51,710 nucleotides of DNA from assembly GCA_031426555.1 (NCBI GenBank), contig JANPLN010000044.1, positions 1 to 51,710 of the forward strand, written 5' to 3'. Position 1 is the first letter of the stretch. Every line of letters starts with the position of its first letter. The DNA comes from Bdellovibrionales bacterium. Lineage in GTDB: Bacteria; Bdellovibrionota; Bdellovibrionia; Bdellovibrionales; JAGQZY01. Under the pieces are notes generated by a model, which was not told the origin of the DNA, made no database searches, and saw only the letters and a list, made by a program, of their open reading frames with translations. The translations under genes and the position numbers were made by a program. Positions 37,601 to 46,982 of the stretch are shown in pieces.

Positions 37601-38125
37601 TTAGAACAGGATGCCGATGCGGATGCCGCTCATAATGGGGTTTACACCGTCCATGATGGACTGAATGTAATACTCAAGGCTCATTTGCGCCGTGGCGGTG
37701 CGAAACAGTCTCACGCCGGCAAAACCGCCAACCATAAATCCCGAGGGATCGGAGATGCGATCGATGTGGGCATAACCATAACCAAACTCAGCACCGATCA
37801 CGGGCGAAAAATCATCAGTAAAAATCAACCAGCCGCCGCCAACCGATGCTGAAAGCCACGTGCCTTCTTCTTTCGAAGCCAAGGCTGCATCAGCGTTGAG
37901 TCGGATCTCTGCGTGAGTTGTGACTTCCCAGTGGCTGCCAAGGTGAAGTGAGTAAAACAACTTTTCGTTGTTCATGTCGGAGCCAAAGGCAGGACCAAAC
38001 GAAATGCTTGTGAGTCGTAGGGCCTCCACTCGAGTGGCAACCCGCTGTTGATCTTCTTGTGTGATTTCACCCACACGTTGAGCGTGGGATAGGGAAACAA
38101 GAATTGTAAGAATGAGATGTAACAT
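37601..38125 (-). CDS. Small outer-membrane beta-barrel hypothetical protein
   Basis: AAGGAG RBS; signal peptide; amphipathic strands; ends IRIGILF. Confidence 0.7.
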   Translation of the reverse strand: MLHLILTILVSLSHAQRVGEITQEDQQRVATRVEALRLTSISFGPAFGSDMNNEKLFYSLHLGSHWEVTTHAEIRLNADAALASKEEGTWLSASVGGGWLIFTDDFSPVIGAEFGYGYAHIDRISDPSGFMVGGFAGVRLFRTATAQMSLEYYIQSIMDGVNPIMSGIRIGILF

Positions 38126-38147
38126 GCGACTCCTTATTTAAGTTTGT

Positions 38148-39464
38148 CTATAATTGTTCTATGGCAGCCAAAGCCGTTTTTCGACTCGTGCCCCCAGAGA
38201 GCGAGCGAGCTTCGATGGAACTTTCAAAATCAAAACTGTGTCCGTTTTTATAATGCTCATGAATTTGCAAACCCTTTTCGTCGGCCTGACGAATGGCGCT
38301 GGCGACAGTGACGTAAGCTTCGCGGAAAGTGGTTGTTGTGGCCAAATGATTGGCAACGTCTGTGGCTAAGATATGCCCCTTATTTAAAAGAGCCTTTGCA
38401 GAAACATCATCCACCGCCAAGCCTTTGATAAACGAAGGTAAAACCTTAAAACATTTTCTGAGCTCTTGTGTGGCATTGATAAAAGTACGTTTGAGCTCGT
38501 GAATATCACTGCCATAGCTGGGAGTGACCGAGCGCATAAGGACGAGGCCCTCTTGCGCCGCTGTCATCACGCGGGCCATCTTGGCGCGAACCAACTCTGG
38601 AACATCGGGATTTCGTTTATTCGGCATGATCGAACTGCCAGTGGACCAGTCATAGGGGAGTTTGAAAACTTTGATACCCGACGACGACCAAAAGAGGAGA
38701 TCCTCACAAAATCGGCTGACGTGCATTGCCAGCAGACTATAAGTTTGCAACGTGCTTAGCATGTAATCGCGGTCACTCACGGCATCGTAGGAGTGCTGAA
38801 GTGAATTTGTAAACTGTAAAGACTTCGCAAGGGCGTTTAAATCCATTTTGAGATGTGTACCCGCAAATGCCGCAGCTCCCAGAGGAAGAGCTTCCAGGCA
38901 CTCTACTTGATTGTTCTTAAGTCGCTGAATATCGCGTAACATGGAGTACCCGTGAGCCGAGAAGAGGTGGCCAAACCGCAAGGGCTGCCCAAACTGCATG
39001 TGGGTCATTCCGGGGGTAAAAACATCAATCCACTCAGTGCTTTTGATTTTGATGGCAGAAATGGTTTGCTGAAGTTGCGGGATCAGAGCTGTGATTTCAT
39101 CATGAACGTAAAGGCGAAGTGTGCTCGCAATCAAATCGTTGCGGGAGCGCCCCGTGTGAATTTTTTTTCCTAGCTCGCCCAATTCTTGCGTCATAAATCT
39201 TTCGAGATTCATGTGAATATCTTCGTCGGTCATCTTCCAGTCAAACTGCTGGGTCTCAATAAGGGATTGAGCCTTGTCTAACGACTGACAAAGCTGCAAG
39301 CGCTCGGTCGCGGTCAATACTCCCGCTTGTTCCAAGGCGACGGCCCATGCTTTTTGCACGCGAATCTCTTGTCGATACAGAAACTGATCCACATCCAAAC
39401 CCTGAGTGAACTCAAACAGGGTGTTGTTGTCGGATGTATTGATATCAGTATTTAAAACTTTCAT
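38148..39464 (-). CDS. argH: Argininosuccinate lyase
   Basis: EDIHMNLE, HTGRSRND, GMTHMQ, TGSSIMPNKRNPD; start ATG 39464 overlaps argG stop. Confidence 0.95.
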   Translation of the reverse strand: MKVLNTDINTSDNNTLFEFTQGLDVDQFLYRQEIRVQKAWAVALEQAGVLTATERLQLCQSLDKAQSLIETQQFDWKMTDEDIHMNLERFMTQELGELGKKIHTGRSRNDLIASTLRLYVHDEITALIPQLQQTISAIKIKSTEWIDVFTPGMTHMQFGQPLRFGHLFSAHGYSMLRDIQRLKNNQVECLEALPLGAAAFAGTHLKMDLNALAKSLQFTNSLQHSYDAVSDRDYMLSTLQTYSLLAMHVSRFCEDLLFWSSSGIKVFKLPYDWSTGSSIMPNKRNPDVPELVRAKMARVMTAAQEGLVLMRSVTPSYGSDIHELKRTFINATQELRKCFKVLPSFIKGLAVDDVSAKALLNKGHILATDVANHLATTTTFREAYVTVASAIRQADEKGLQIHEHYKNGHSFDFESSIEARSLSGGTSRKTALAAIEQL

Positions 39465-40681
39465 AGTTCTGATTTTTCCGTCATTCCAGCGTTGACCTGA
39501 CCTGATTGCCACTGCGCAAATGTCAGAACTCGGCAGTAATCCTTTGCGGCTTTGTTGAGCCCATAGGAATCTTCTTCAAAGCTCACAAGTTTTTCACTGT
39601 ACAAGGAGTAAGGGCTTTCGCGCTTCGTAATAAATGCCTGGCCCTGCCCCAACTTCATTCCCACAGTGCCAGTTAATTTTTTGCTGGCAGAGACGAAATA
39701 GGACTCAAGATAATTGCGAGCATCCGAGTGCCAGAGGCCGTCGTAAACCAAATTTCCATAAACGATGGAAAGGTTTTGTGCGGTTGCGTGCACGTCGCGG
39801 TTCCAACAAATTTGTTTTAAATTCATCAAACCTTTTTGAATCAATGTGCCGCCCGGAGTTTCGTAAATGCCACGGCTTTTAACGCCAGTAACTCGCTCTT
39901 CAACCAGGTCCACAAGACCAATTCCGTGTTCGCCACCGATTTCGTTCAATTTCACTAAAATTTCAGCCGGAGACATGGTTTTGCCGTTCAGGGCCACAGG
40001 ATTTCCCGCTTTAAATTCCAAGGCGATGTTGGTGAAGTCCTTAGAAACTTTTTGCGGCGGTTTGATAAACTGAAAAATTTCATCTTCGTCGTAAGGTTTT
40101 GAAATGTCCTCTAAAATTCCGCCCTCAGATGAATTGTGAAAAAGATTGGCGTCGAGGCTGTAGCGAGGATTCACTTCGCCAGCGTAATCAATTTTATTTT
40201 CTTTTAAGTAGTTAATAAGATCTTGGCGGCCTTTGTAGTCCCAAATTTTCCATGGGGCGATAACTTCAAGATCTGGAGTAAGGTAAGCCCAAGCTCGTTC
40301 GAAACGAATTTGGTCATTGCCTTTCCCGGTGGCTCCATGGGCGATGGCCTGGGCACCAGATTTTTTTGCATAATACGCCACGCGCTCTGCAATCAGTGGT
40401 CGGGCGATGGCCGTTCCCAAGAGATACTCACTTTGATAAAGGGCTCCAGAGCGCAGCAAGGGGAAAACGAAATCTTTTGCAAAAGTTTCTTTAAGATCTT
40501 CGAAAATAAAGTCGCTGGCGCCAATGGACATGGCACGCTCGCGCAACGTTTTTTCGGAGGGAAGATTGCCCACATCACAGCAGTAGGCGATGACGTCCGC
40601 ATCGTAATTTTGTCGAAGCCACAAAACAATGGCCGTTGTGTCGAGTCCGCCGGAAAACGAAAGTACGATTTTTTTCTTCAT
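39461..40681 (-). CDS. argG: Argininosuccinate synthase
   Basis: SFSGGLDT, YLLGTAIARP, HGATGKGNDQIRFE, KSRGIYETPG. Confidence 0.97.
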   Translation of the reverse strand: MKKKIVLSFSGGLDTTAIVLWLRQNYDADVIAYCCDVGNLPSEKTLRERAMSIGASDFIFEDLKETFAKDFVFPLLRSGALYQSEYLLGTAIARPLIAERVAYYAKKSGAQAIAHGATGKGNDQIRFERAWAYLTPDLEVIAPWKIWDYKGRQDLINYLKENKIDYAGEVNPRYSLDANLFHNSSEGGILEDISKPYDEDEIFQFIKPPQKVSKDFTNIALEFKAGNPVALNGKTMSPAEILVKLNEIGGEHGIGLVDLVEERVTGVKSRGIYETPGGTLIQKGLMNLKQICWNRDVHATAQNLSIVYGNLVYDGLWHSDARNYLESYFVSASKKLTGTVGMKLGQGQAFITKRESPYSLYSEKLVSFEEDSYGLNKAAKDYCRVLTFAQWQSGQVNAGMTEKSEL

Positions 40682-40897
40682 GAAACCCTCTATATGGTTG
40701 GAAAGTTTGTTTGGTTTTATACCCTTCTTTCTGCTGAATTAAAGGGAATCTCGACACTTATCGCGCCGCGCCTCAATTTTGTGTAAAAATTGCACCATAT
40801 GGAAAATATTCATTACTGAGTTGATTTTACCCGGTAAAGAAACGATTTTTTAGGCCACAAAGCGCTTTCAGCGCTGTGAACTAGAGGGGGATACACA

Positions 40898-42034
40898 ATG
40901 AAATACAGTTTCGTTTTCGCAACGCTATTTTTAGCCATCCAGGCACAGGCCGCGGCTCCGAGCCACGGCTACACACCGGAGCAAGAACAAGAGATGGCTC
41001 AGCACAATCAAAGTGTCCAGGCCTACGAGTTTGTTAACGGACTGTTCCGTTGGAATAAACAAGCGTCGTCTGCCACCATCGAGAGAGTTCCATTTGCCGA
41101 GTACCACCAGGTGGGTTACGTCATTTTCAACGATAGTGGGGAGTTTAATTCTCTGGCGGCAAAAAAATTAATCGCAAAAAACTTACCACCGGATGTGACT
41201 CTCGTTGTGTATTCGCCCAACAGCGATAAAACCTATCTCAATCGAGTTTACAATTTATTTGCAAAAGAAATGGGCTCCACCGATCGTCTGCGCATCGTGC
41301 ATTTGCCACATGATCCCGTTTCGGTCCAAGGCCAAACCTTTATTCCAAATAGCTTTTGGGCCCGCGATGGCGTCCCGGTTCCAACGTGGAGTTTTGATAA
41401 GTTCGGCAAAAAAGTTTTCACGGTGGTGGATGCGAAGTACTATCACTACTTCGAAGCTGATGACGTTGTGAGCGAACTTTTCGGTGCGGAGCTTGTGCAA
41501 CACAATTACTTCCACGAAGGTGGAAACTTTTTGGCGAACAACCGCGGTGAGTGTTTAGTGGTCAATAATTCCCGTACGCGACTCATTCCCGACGATACGT
41601 TTTTGGTGAAATACGGCTGCCAAAAAACCATTCGTTTTCCGCACACAAAAGGCATTGGTCACATCGACGAAACCGTCAAATTGATCAATGACGATTTGGC
41701 CCTCACAGACGACGAAGAGTATGCGGGAATACTGCGCGATAATGGCTTTCAGGTGATGATGGTTCCGCGCCCGGAGCAAAAATATGAAACCTATGTCAAT
41801 TCACTGTATGTGAACGGCACTCTATTCTTGCCAACCTTTCAAGAAGCGGGCGATGCAGAGGCCATTGCTCTTTACGAAAGTTTTGGCTACAAAGTCGTCG
41901 CCTTGAATTCTAAGCAGCTTTCCAATGACGGTCTGGGCTCCATCCATTGCATCACAATGGCATATCCGCCTGTTCCATTTAACGAACTGCTTGCCAACGT
42001 GGGCGGACGAGAAGTAACACCGTCTAAAAAGTAG
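40898..42034 (+). CDS. Secreted agmatine/peptidylarginine deiminase family protein
   Basis: Signal peptide; FWARD, EGGN, GHID, TYVN, GSIHCIT pentein-fold motifs. Confidence 0.85.
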   Translation: MKYSFVFATLFLAIQAQAAAPSHGYTPEQEQEMAQHNQSVQAYEFVNGLFRWNKQASSATIERVPFAEYHQVGYVIFNDSGEFNSLAAKKLIAKNLPPDVTLVVYSPNSDKTYLNRVYNLFAKEMGSTDRLRIVHLPHDPVSVQGQTFIPNSFWARDGVPVPTWSFDKFGKKVFTVVDAKYYHYFEADDVVSELFGAELVQHNYFHEGGNFLANNRGECLVVNNSRTRLIPDDTFLVKYGCQKTIRFPHTKGIGHIDETVKLINDDLALTDDEEYAGILRDNGFQVMMVPRPEQKYETYVNSLYVNGTLFLPTFQEAGDAEAIALYESFGYKVVALNSKQLSNDGLGSIHCITMAYPPVPFNELLANVGGREVTPSKK

Positions 42035-42091
42035 AGCCGCTAGCCGCAAGCCGCTAAAGGGCCAGGTAAAAGGCCAGCTAAAAGGTAAGAC

Positions 42092-42397
42092 ATGATCAAA
42101 ATTGAAGACAAAAAACCTGCTCTGCAGGTTTTAATTTGCACTAGAACCAAAGAAAATAGTGAAAGTTGCGGAGCTAAGGGCTCCGCACAGCTTCGCGATG
42201 ATTTAAAAAAGTGGGCCAAGGAGCAAAAACTAACTCCGCATATTAAAATCACCGCTTCGCTCTGCTTGGGGCATTGCGAAAAAGGCATCACCGCCTGTTT
42301 TCAGCCCACCAACGAATGGCTGGGTGAGATTAAGCCAGGTGATTTCGAATTACTGAAAGAAAAGATTCTAAAGAGCTATCGCGATATCAAATCTTAA
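42092..42397 (+). CDS. Thioredoxin-like [2Fe-2S] ferredoxin
   Basis: ICT...SCG...CLGHC pattern. Confidence 0.82.
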   Translation: MIKIEDKKPALQVLICTRTKENSESCGAKGSAQLRDDLKKWAKEQKLTPHIKITASLCLGHCEKGITACFQPTNEWLGEIKPGDFELLKEKILKSYRDIKS

Positions 42398-42429
42398 ATT
42401 CACCGATTTATTTTTACATAGGATTTAAA

Positions 42430-42852
42430 TTAGAGACACTTTTTTTCGACGAGGAGTTCAGTTTTTTCTTGTGAACCTAAAAAGGCGGTGAGTCGCATGG
42501 TGGAGTTGCACTCGAGCTGTGCAGCTTCTTCGTAGATCACCTCAAACGCGCCTCTGTCGCATAAAGAACGACCACTGGAGATCTGTTGGGATTGTTCATC
42601 GGCCATGCGCCAGCTTAAAATGGCGCCGTCCTGCTCGTTCGAGCAAACTCCATAGGCAACAAGTTGTGTCGCCGAGTTATCGATTTGTGTTTTCGATTGT
42701 AAAAATTGGATGGAACCAGTTTGCACAGGGTTAATAATTTTCATATCAGAGTCGGCTTGCTGAGATGGACTTGAGCCACAGTTTTGAAAATTAAATAGAA
42801 CTCCAGCAAGCGCGATAAAGATAAGACTTATCTTGTAAGTACGTTCTTTCAT
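42430..42852 (-). CDS. Hypothetical lipoprotein (FQNC-type signal)
   Basis: GGGGGA RBS; leader ending FNFQNCG. Confidence 0.7.
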   Translation of the reverse strand: MKERTYKISLIFIALAGVLFNFQNCGSSPSQQADSDMKIINPVQTGSIQFLQSKTQIDNSATQLVAYGVCSNEQDGAILSWRMADEQSQQISSGRSLCDRGAFEVIYEEAAQLECNSTMRLTAFLGSQEKTELLVEKKCL

Positions 42853-42992
42853 TGGATCCCCCACGATCTTCCTCTAGTATAAGGTGGTTTTTGCCTACTA
42901 CCTAAGACTATAAACCGACGTCTCAATTCCGTCTCGTTTTGATACCTCCTCTCTTATTCCTTATTCTAGACAGCATAGAACGAGGGGGCGAG

Positions 42993-43970
42993 ATGAATTT
43001 TTTTAAAACATTGGGTGTGGTTTTAGTGGTGAGTGGTGTTGTAGTTGTAGCAGCTGGTTCCGAAAGAGTGGTCTATGGGGCTGATGACCGCTTGGATCTT
43101 TTTCAGGTTGTTTCAGCAGACTGGCAAACTCGCGCTGCATCCACAGTGGCACTGGTGCAAAAATCCAAAGTGGTTGCCGTGCAAAACGGGTATCAACTGC
43201 AAACGAGTCATTATGGAAATTCGCAAAATCTTTGTAAAACCGAGCCCTTCTTTGATCAAGTAACCGCGGCTTTTTGCTCCGGATCGTTAATTACACCTGA
43301 TATCATTATGACGGCGGGACATTGCGTTCGTACGCAAGTCGCTTGCGCCAATACCAAATTCGTTTTTAACTTTGCTTATAAATCGATGACCTATGACCCG
43401 AAATTTGTTGAAGCCGATGATGTGTATTCCTGTCAGACACTCATTCACAGCGAACTCAACTCGACCAACGATTCAGATTTTGCGTTGGTGAAATTGGATC
43501 GACCGGTGGTGGGCAGAAAGCCCCTTACGATTCGTCAATCGGGGCGCGTGCAAGACGCAGACTCTCTCGTCGTTATCGGTCACCCCTCAGGCCTGGCAAC
43601 AAAAGTTGCTGCAGGGGCGAAAGTACGTTCCAATCTTGAAGATGCTTATTTCATTGCAAACCTTGATACCTACGGCGGTAACTCGGGAAGTGCGGTATTC
43701 AACGAGCAAACTGGTGTTGTCGAGGGAATTCTCGTGCGCGGAGAAACGGATTTTAAGTATAAAAATGGCTGCTACGTTTCTAATATTTGCGATGCGAATG
43801 GCTGCCGCGGTGAAGATGTCACTCGAGTCACTGAAGTTCTCGCCTATGTGAACGCTTCAGAATTAAATCCTATAAGTTTACCGGTAGGCCCCTTTGATCC
43901 AAATAATCCACCGGATGAACAAGAAGGCATTGAATCTAATTTCTCGCAAAGCGAACGGCTTCGCCAATAA
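42993..43970 (+). CDS. Secreted trypsin-like serine protease
   Basis: CSG...TAGHC, DFALV, DTYGGNSGS catalytic triad; start ATG 42993 with GAGGGGG RBS. Confidence 0.92.
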   Translation: MNFFKTLGVVLVVSGVVVVAAGSERVVYGADDRLDLFQVVSADWQTRAASTVALVQKSKVVAVQNGYQLQTSHYGNSQNLCKTEPFFDQVTAAFCSGSLITPDIIMTAGHCVRTQVACANTKFVFNFAYKSMTYDPKFVEADDVYSCQTLIHSELNSTNDSDFALVKLDRPVVGRKPLTIRQSGRVQDADSLVVIGHPSGLATKVAAGAKVRSNLEDAYFIANLDTYGGNSGSAVFNEQTGVVEGILVRGETDFKYKNGCYVSNICDANGCRGEDVTRVTEVLAYVNASELNPISLPVGPFDPNNPPDEQEGIESNFSQSERLRQ

Positions 43971-45300
43971 CATTGCTAAAGATCGTATTGTCTTTCATGG
44001 CGATTTGCCCTTTGAGAATCGCCATCACGGGCCATCCTTGAACCTGCATGCCGTCGTAGGGTGTCCATCCCACTCGGCTGCGAATCCACGAGTTGCTTAT
44101 GGTTTCGGTTCTCTTTAAATCCACCACTGTAAAATCAGCGTCGTAACCAGGAGCAATTTTCCCTTTTCCCTGAGCGCGGAAAATTCTTGCTGGGTTTTCG
44201 CAAATCAATTGCGTGAGGCGCTCGAGAGAAAGTCGCTTCTGTGCGACATGATTGAGCATCAATGGGAGAAGCGTTTGTACACCAGTCAGTCCTGAAGGGG
44301 AATTGGGGTAGGGTTTGTCCTTTTCCTCGCGCGTATGGGGAGCATGATCGGAGCCAAGCACATCGATGGTTCCGTCGTTGATGGCCTTCCAAAGCGCATC
44401 CTGATGGGATTTTTCGCGAATGGGAGGATTCATCTGGGCGTAATTACCAAGAATTTCGTAACACTCAGGAGCGTGCAACGTAAGATACTGCGGCAGACAT
44501 TCTACAGTGACCGTGTGTTTTTTTGTGCGCAGGAATGCAATTTCATCTGCTGAGCTGATGTGTAAAACGTGAACCGAGCGTTTATGTTTTTCAGCCAGCG
44601 CCACAATTCTTCGAGTGGCGGTGAGAGCGCTTTCCACGTTTCGCCATTCGGAATGGTAGCGTGCGTGCTTTCCGGAGGTGGCAATGGGCTTTCGCGCAAT
44701 GAGCATTTTTTCATCTTCACAATGTACTGAAATTGGCACAGTCACTGTGCGCATGATTTTATCCAGTTGCTGATCGTCGGCAACAAGCAGATCGCCGGTG
44801 GAGCTCCCCATAAATATTTTAACCCCGCAACACCCCTCGGTTTGAGCGATGGCGTCCAATTGATCAGCGTTGTCGTGAGTCGCGCCAACGAAAAATGCGT
44901 AATGGGTTTTTGCTTTGCCCTGTGCAAGATGAAGTTTCTCATCCAAACGGAATTGGGAGCTGGTGTTGGGTGAGGTATTGGGCATTTCGAAAATCGTCGT
45001 CACCCCGCCGGCCAGGGCGGACAGCGTGCCCGAGTAAATATCCTCTTTGTGGGTGAGGCCGGGCTCGCGAAAATGCACCTGGCTGTCAATCACACCCGGT
45101 AGAATCGTGAGACCTTTTAAGCTTAATGTGCTTTTTGCAGACGTTGATCGAGCTAGACCAAGCGCGAGAATTTTTCCATTTGCAATACCGATATTTGTGA
45201 CTTCGCGGCGAATCTGTCCTTTGGAATCCGTTAAAAGACATTCCGCATCCTGAATCAAAAGATCATAGTGAGATGTTTCATTTCCTTCGGACCTAGACAT
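43936..45300 (-). CDS. pyrC: Dihydroorotase
   Basis: PGVIDSQVHFREPG, EMPNT, KIFMGSSTG, MNPPIR, SDHAPH. Confidence 0.9.
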   Translation of the reverse strand: MSRSEGNETSHYDLLIQDAECLLTDSKGQIRREVTNIGIANGKILALGLARSTSAKSTLSLKGLTILPGVIDSQVHFREPGLTHKEDIYSGTLSALAGGVTTIFEMPNTSPNTSSQFRLDEKLHLAQGKAKTHYAFFVGATHDNADQLDAIAQTEGCCGVKIFMGSSTGDLLVADDQQLDKIMRTVTVPISVHCEDEKMLIARKPIATSGKHARYHSEWRNVESALTATRRIVALAEKHKRSVHVLHISSADEIAFLRTKKHTVTVECLPQYLTLHAPECYEILGNYAQMNPPIREKSHQDALWKAINDGTIDVLGSDHAPHTREEKDKPYPNSPSGLTGVQTLLPLMLNHVAQKRLSLERLTQLICENPARIFRAQGKGKIAPGYDADFTVVDLKRTETISNSWIRSRVGWTPYDGMQVQGWPVMAILKGQIAMKDNTIFSNVIGEAVRFARN

Positions 45301-45333
45301 TTACTTCCTCGTCTTGATTTAGGTTAAAAAACC

Positions 45334-45921
45334 GTGAACAATAACAGTATGGAAGCATTAGTTTATTTTGTCATGGCTCATGGGACAATGGTGATCACGT
45401 CGTTGTTAGGGGCGATTATCCTATGTGTTTTTGCACTTTTGATTGTCAGTTTCCACAGTCCAAAAGAAGCTATCGGTTTCGAAGTGGGTTCCGTCGAACG
45501 ACTCGAGGGAGTTTTGAAAAACATGTTGTCGAGTCAAAGCTGGGCTGCCGGTAGCGGTGAAGGCGCAGCCCTTGGCGGCGCTGGGCAAGATCAAATCAAT
45601 CTTTTAGTACAACAGGTTTCTGGTCTCGAAGTGGAACTTAAGGAAAAACAAAAAGCTCTTGATGAAATTATGAATATTTCACCAGACGAACCGCAGGCCG
45701 CTCCATTAAAAATGCGAATCAAAGATTTGGAAGAAAAACTTTCTGAATATGCAGTGATTGAAGAAGACATAGCCGATCTTTCGCGCTATCGCCAAGAAAA
45801 CGAAAGTTTACGTGCTCGCATCACCGAAGCCACTGGCCTGACGGCGCAAGACGCCATGGCCATGCCGTGGGAAGATTTTGAAAAAATCATCAAAGAAAAA
45901 AAAGCTTCGGCCACACCTTAG
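45334..45921 (+). CDS. Membrane-anchored coiled-coil hypothetical protein
   Basis: N-terminal TM; heptad-rich LEEKLSEYAVIEEDIADLSRYRQENESLR. Confidence 0.65.
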   Translation: MNNNSMEALVYFVMAHGTMVITSLLGAIILCVFALLIVSFHSPKEAIGFEVGSVERLEGVLKNMLSSQSWAAGSGEGAALGGAGQDQINLLVQQVSGLEVELKEKQKALDEIMNISPDEPQAAPLKMRIKDLEEKLSEYAVIEEDIADLSRYRQENESLRARITEATGLTAQDAMAMPWEDFEKIIKEKKASATP

Positions 45922-45929
45922 GATGACAT

Positions 45930-46526
45930 ATGACAATGAGTGTATTGTTTCTCACATTTGCTTTGGCGCTGCCTAACAAACAAGATTTGCGAACGGCTTT
46001 GACACAAAATCGTTTGTCAGATGTTAAAAGCTTGGGAGCCGAAGGTTACAAAGGTTTGCGGGATATTTCCCTATCGGAAAACGAACCCATGGATCAGCGC
46101 TGGCGAGCGACGCTCGCCATGGCACGAATCGGGCATAAAGATAGTTTGGTTGATCTCGAGCTGTTTATGAAAAGCCCCACGTGGTACATGCGGAGCGCAA
46201 GCTTGTTGGGTATGGCTCTGGTGGACTCAGAGCTCTCGCAGCGGAAAGCCAAGGAGCTTTTGAGTCGAGATCCTGCCTTGCTGGTGCGGGCCTCAGCGTT
46301 GCAAGTTTTATCGCAGGAAAAAAGAATAGATCGGGAGTTTTTATGGAAGGAACTCCATAATCCCATTAATTTTCGCCGCGGACGTAGCCTCTCGTTAAGA
46401 ACAAGCATTTTACAGCTTTTATCGAAAAAGCCTTTGCCCAACGAAAAATCAAAGTTTGCACTTCTCGCGAATGATTTGCACCCAGAAATTAAAAATATCT
46501 CCAACGATGTACTAATTCGGCTTTGA
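45930..46526 (+). CDS. HEAT-repeat-like exported protein
   Basis: RWRATLAMARIG, WYMRSAS, DPALLVRASA repeats. Confidence 0.65.
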   Translation: MTMSVLFLTFALALPNKQDLRTALTQNRLSDVKSLGAEGYKGLRDISLSENEPMDQRWRATLAMARIGHKDSLVDLELFMKSPTWYMRSASLLGMALVDSELSQRKAKELLSRDPALLVRASALQVLSQEKRIDREFLWKELHNPINFRRGRSLSLRTSILQLLSKKPLPNEKSKFALLANDLHPEIKNISNDVLIRL

Positions 46527-46982
46527 TTTCGAAGCTTTCACGATGGAGCGATCGATTTCGATCTCTCGTTGAATCCGGTAGAGGAGTATAGCCTCTTCCA
46601 GGCCATCACTTGTTAAGTCCTCAGGTTTTGAAATAAAATCTCGATACACAAGCAAGTTTTTGTGAATACTAATGGTAGTTTCTTTTTCTGAGTCTTTAAG
46701 GAGATTAAAACTCAAGCTGTAGCGATATCCACTGGCATGTTTTTTTGAAATGTGCGGCGGACGGAAGTAGGTGTGACTGCGCAACATGGTGGTTTGAATA
46801 ACCCCTTGTTCCATATTGTTTACTTTTAAGGGATAGGAAAGGATGGCTTGCTGGCAGGCCCTCCAGACCTCGTCAAACGAGGCGCGAAATTTCCGCTCGT
46901 AATTTTTTTCAACGGCTATGGGATTCGAAACACAGCCCGTTAAAGGAAAAATTAAGAATGCAAAACACAGTTTACCCCACAT
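46512..46982 (-). CDS. Hypothetical lipoprotein (helix-grip/BamC-like)
   Basis: Lipobox LTGC; ASFDEVWRA...GVIQT pattern. Confidence 0.6.
   Translation of the reverse strand: MWGKLCFAFLIFPLTGCVSNPIAVEKNYERKFRASFDEVWRACQQAILSYPLKVNNMEQGVIQTTMLRSHTYFRPPHISKKHASGYRYSLSFNLLKDSEKETTISIHKNLLVYRDFISKPEDLTSDGLEEAILLYRIQREIEIDRSIVKASKSKPN

Noticed and set aside
37100..37604. CRISPR array or integron attC sites
   Set aside because: Only two units, inverted rather than direct, with the same core instead of unique spacers; no cas or integrase gene; ends do not fit attC RYYYAAC...GTTRRRY
40782..40812. Tandem ARG boxes upstream of argG (TGTAAAAATTGCA, TGGAAAATATTCA)
   Set aside because: Cores are 13 bp rather than 14 and the spacing is off; the region is AT-rich, so the match is weak (could be some other operator)
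43936..43970. 35-bp convergent overlap of protease and pyrC
   Set aside because: Short tail overlaps are common in compact genomes
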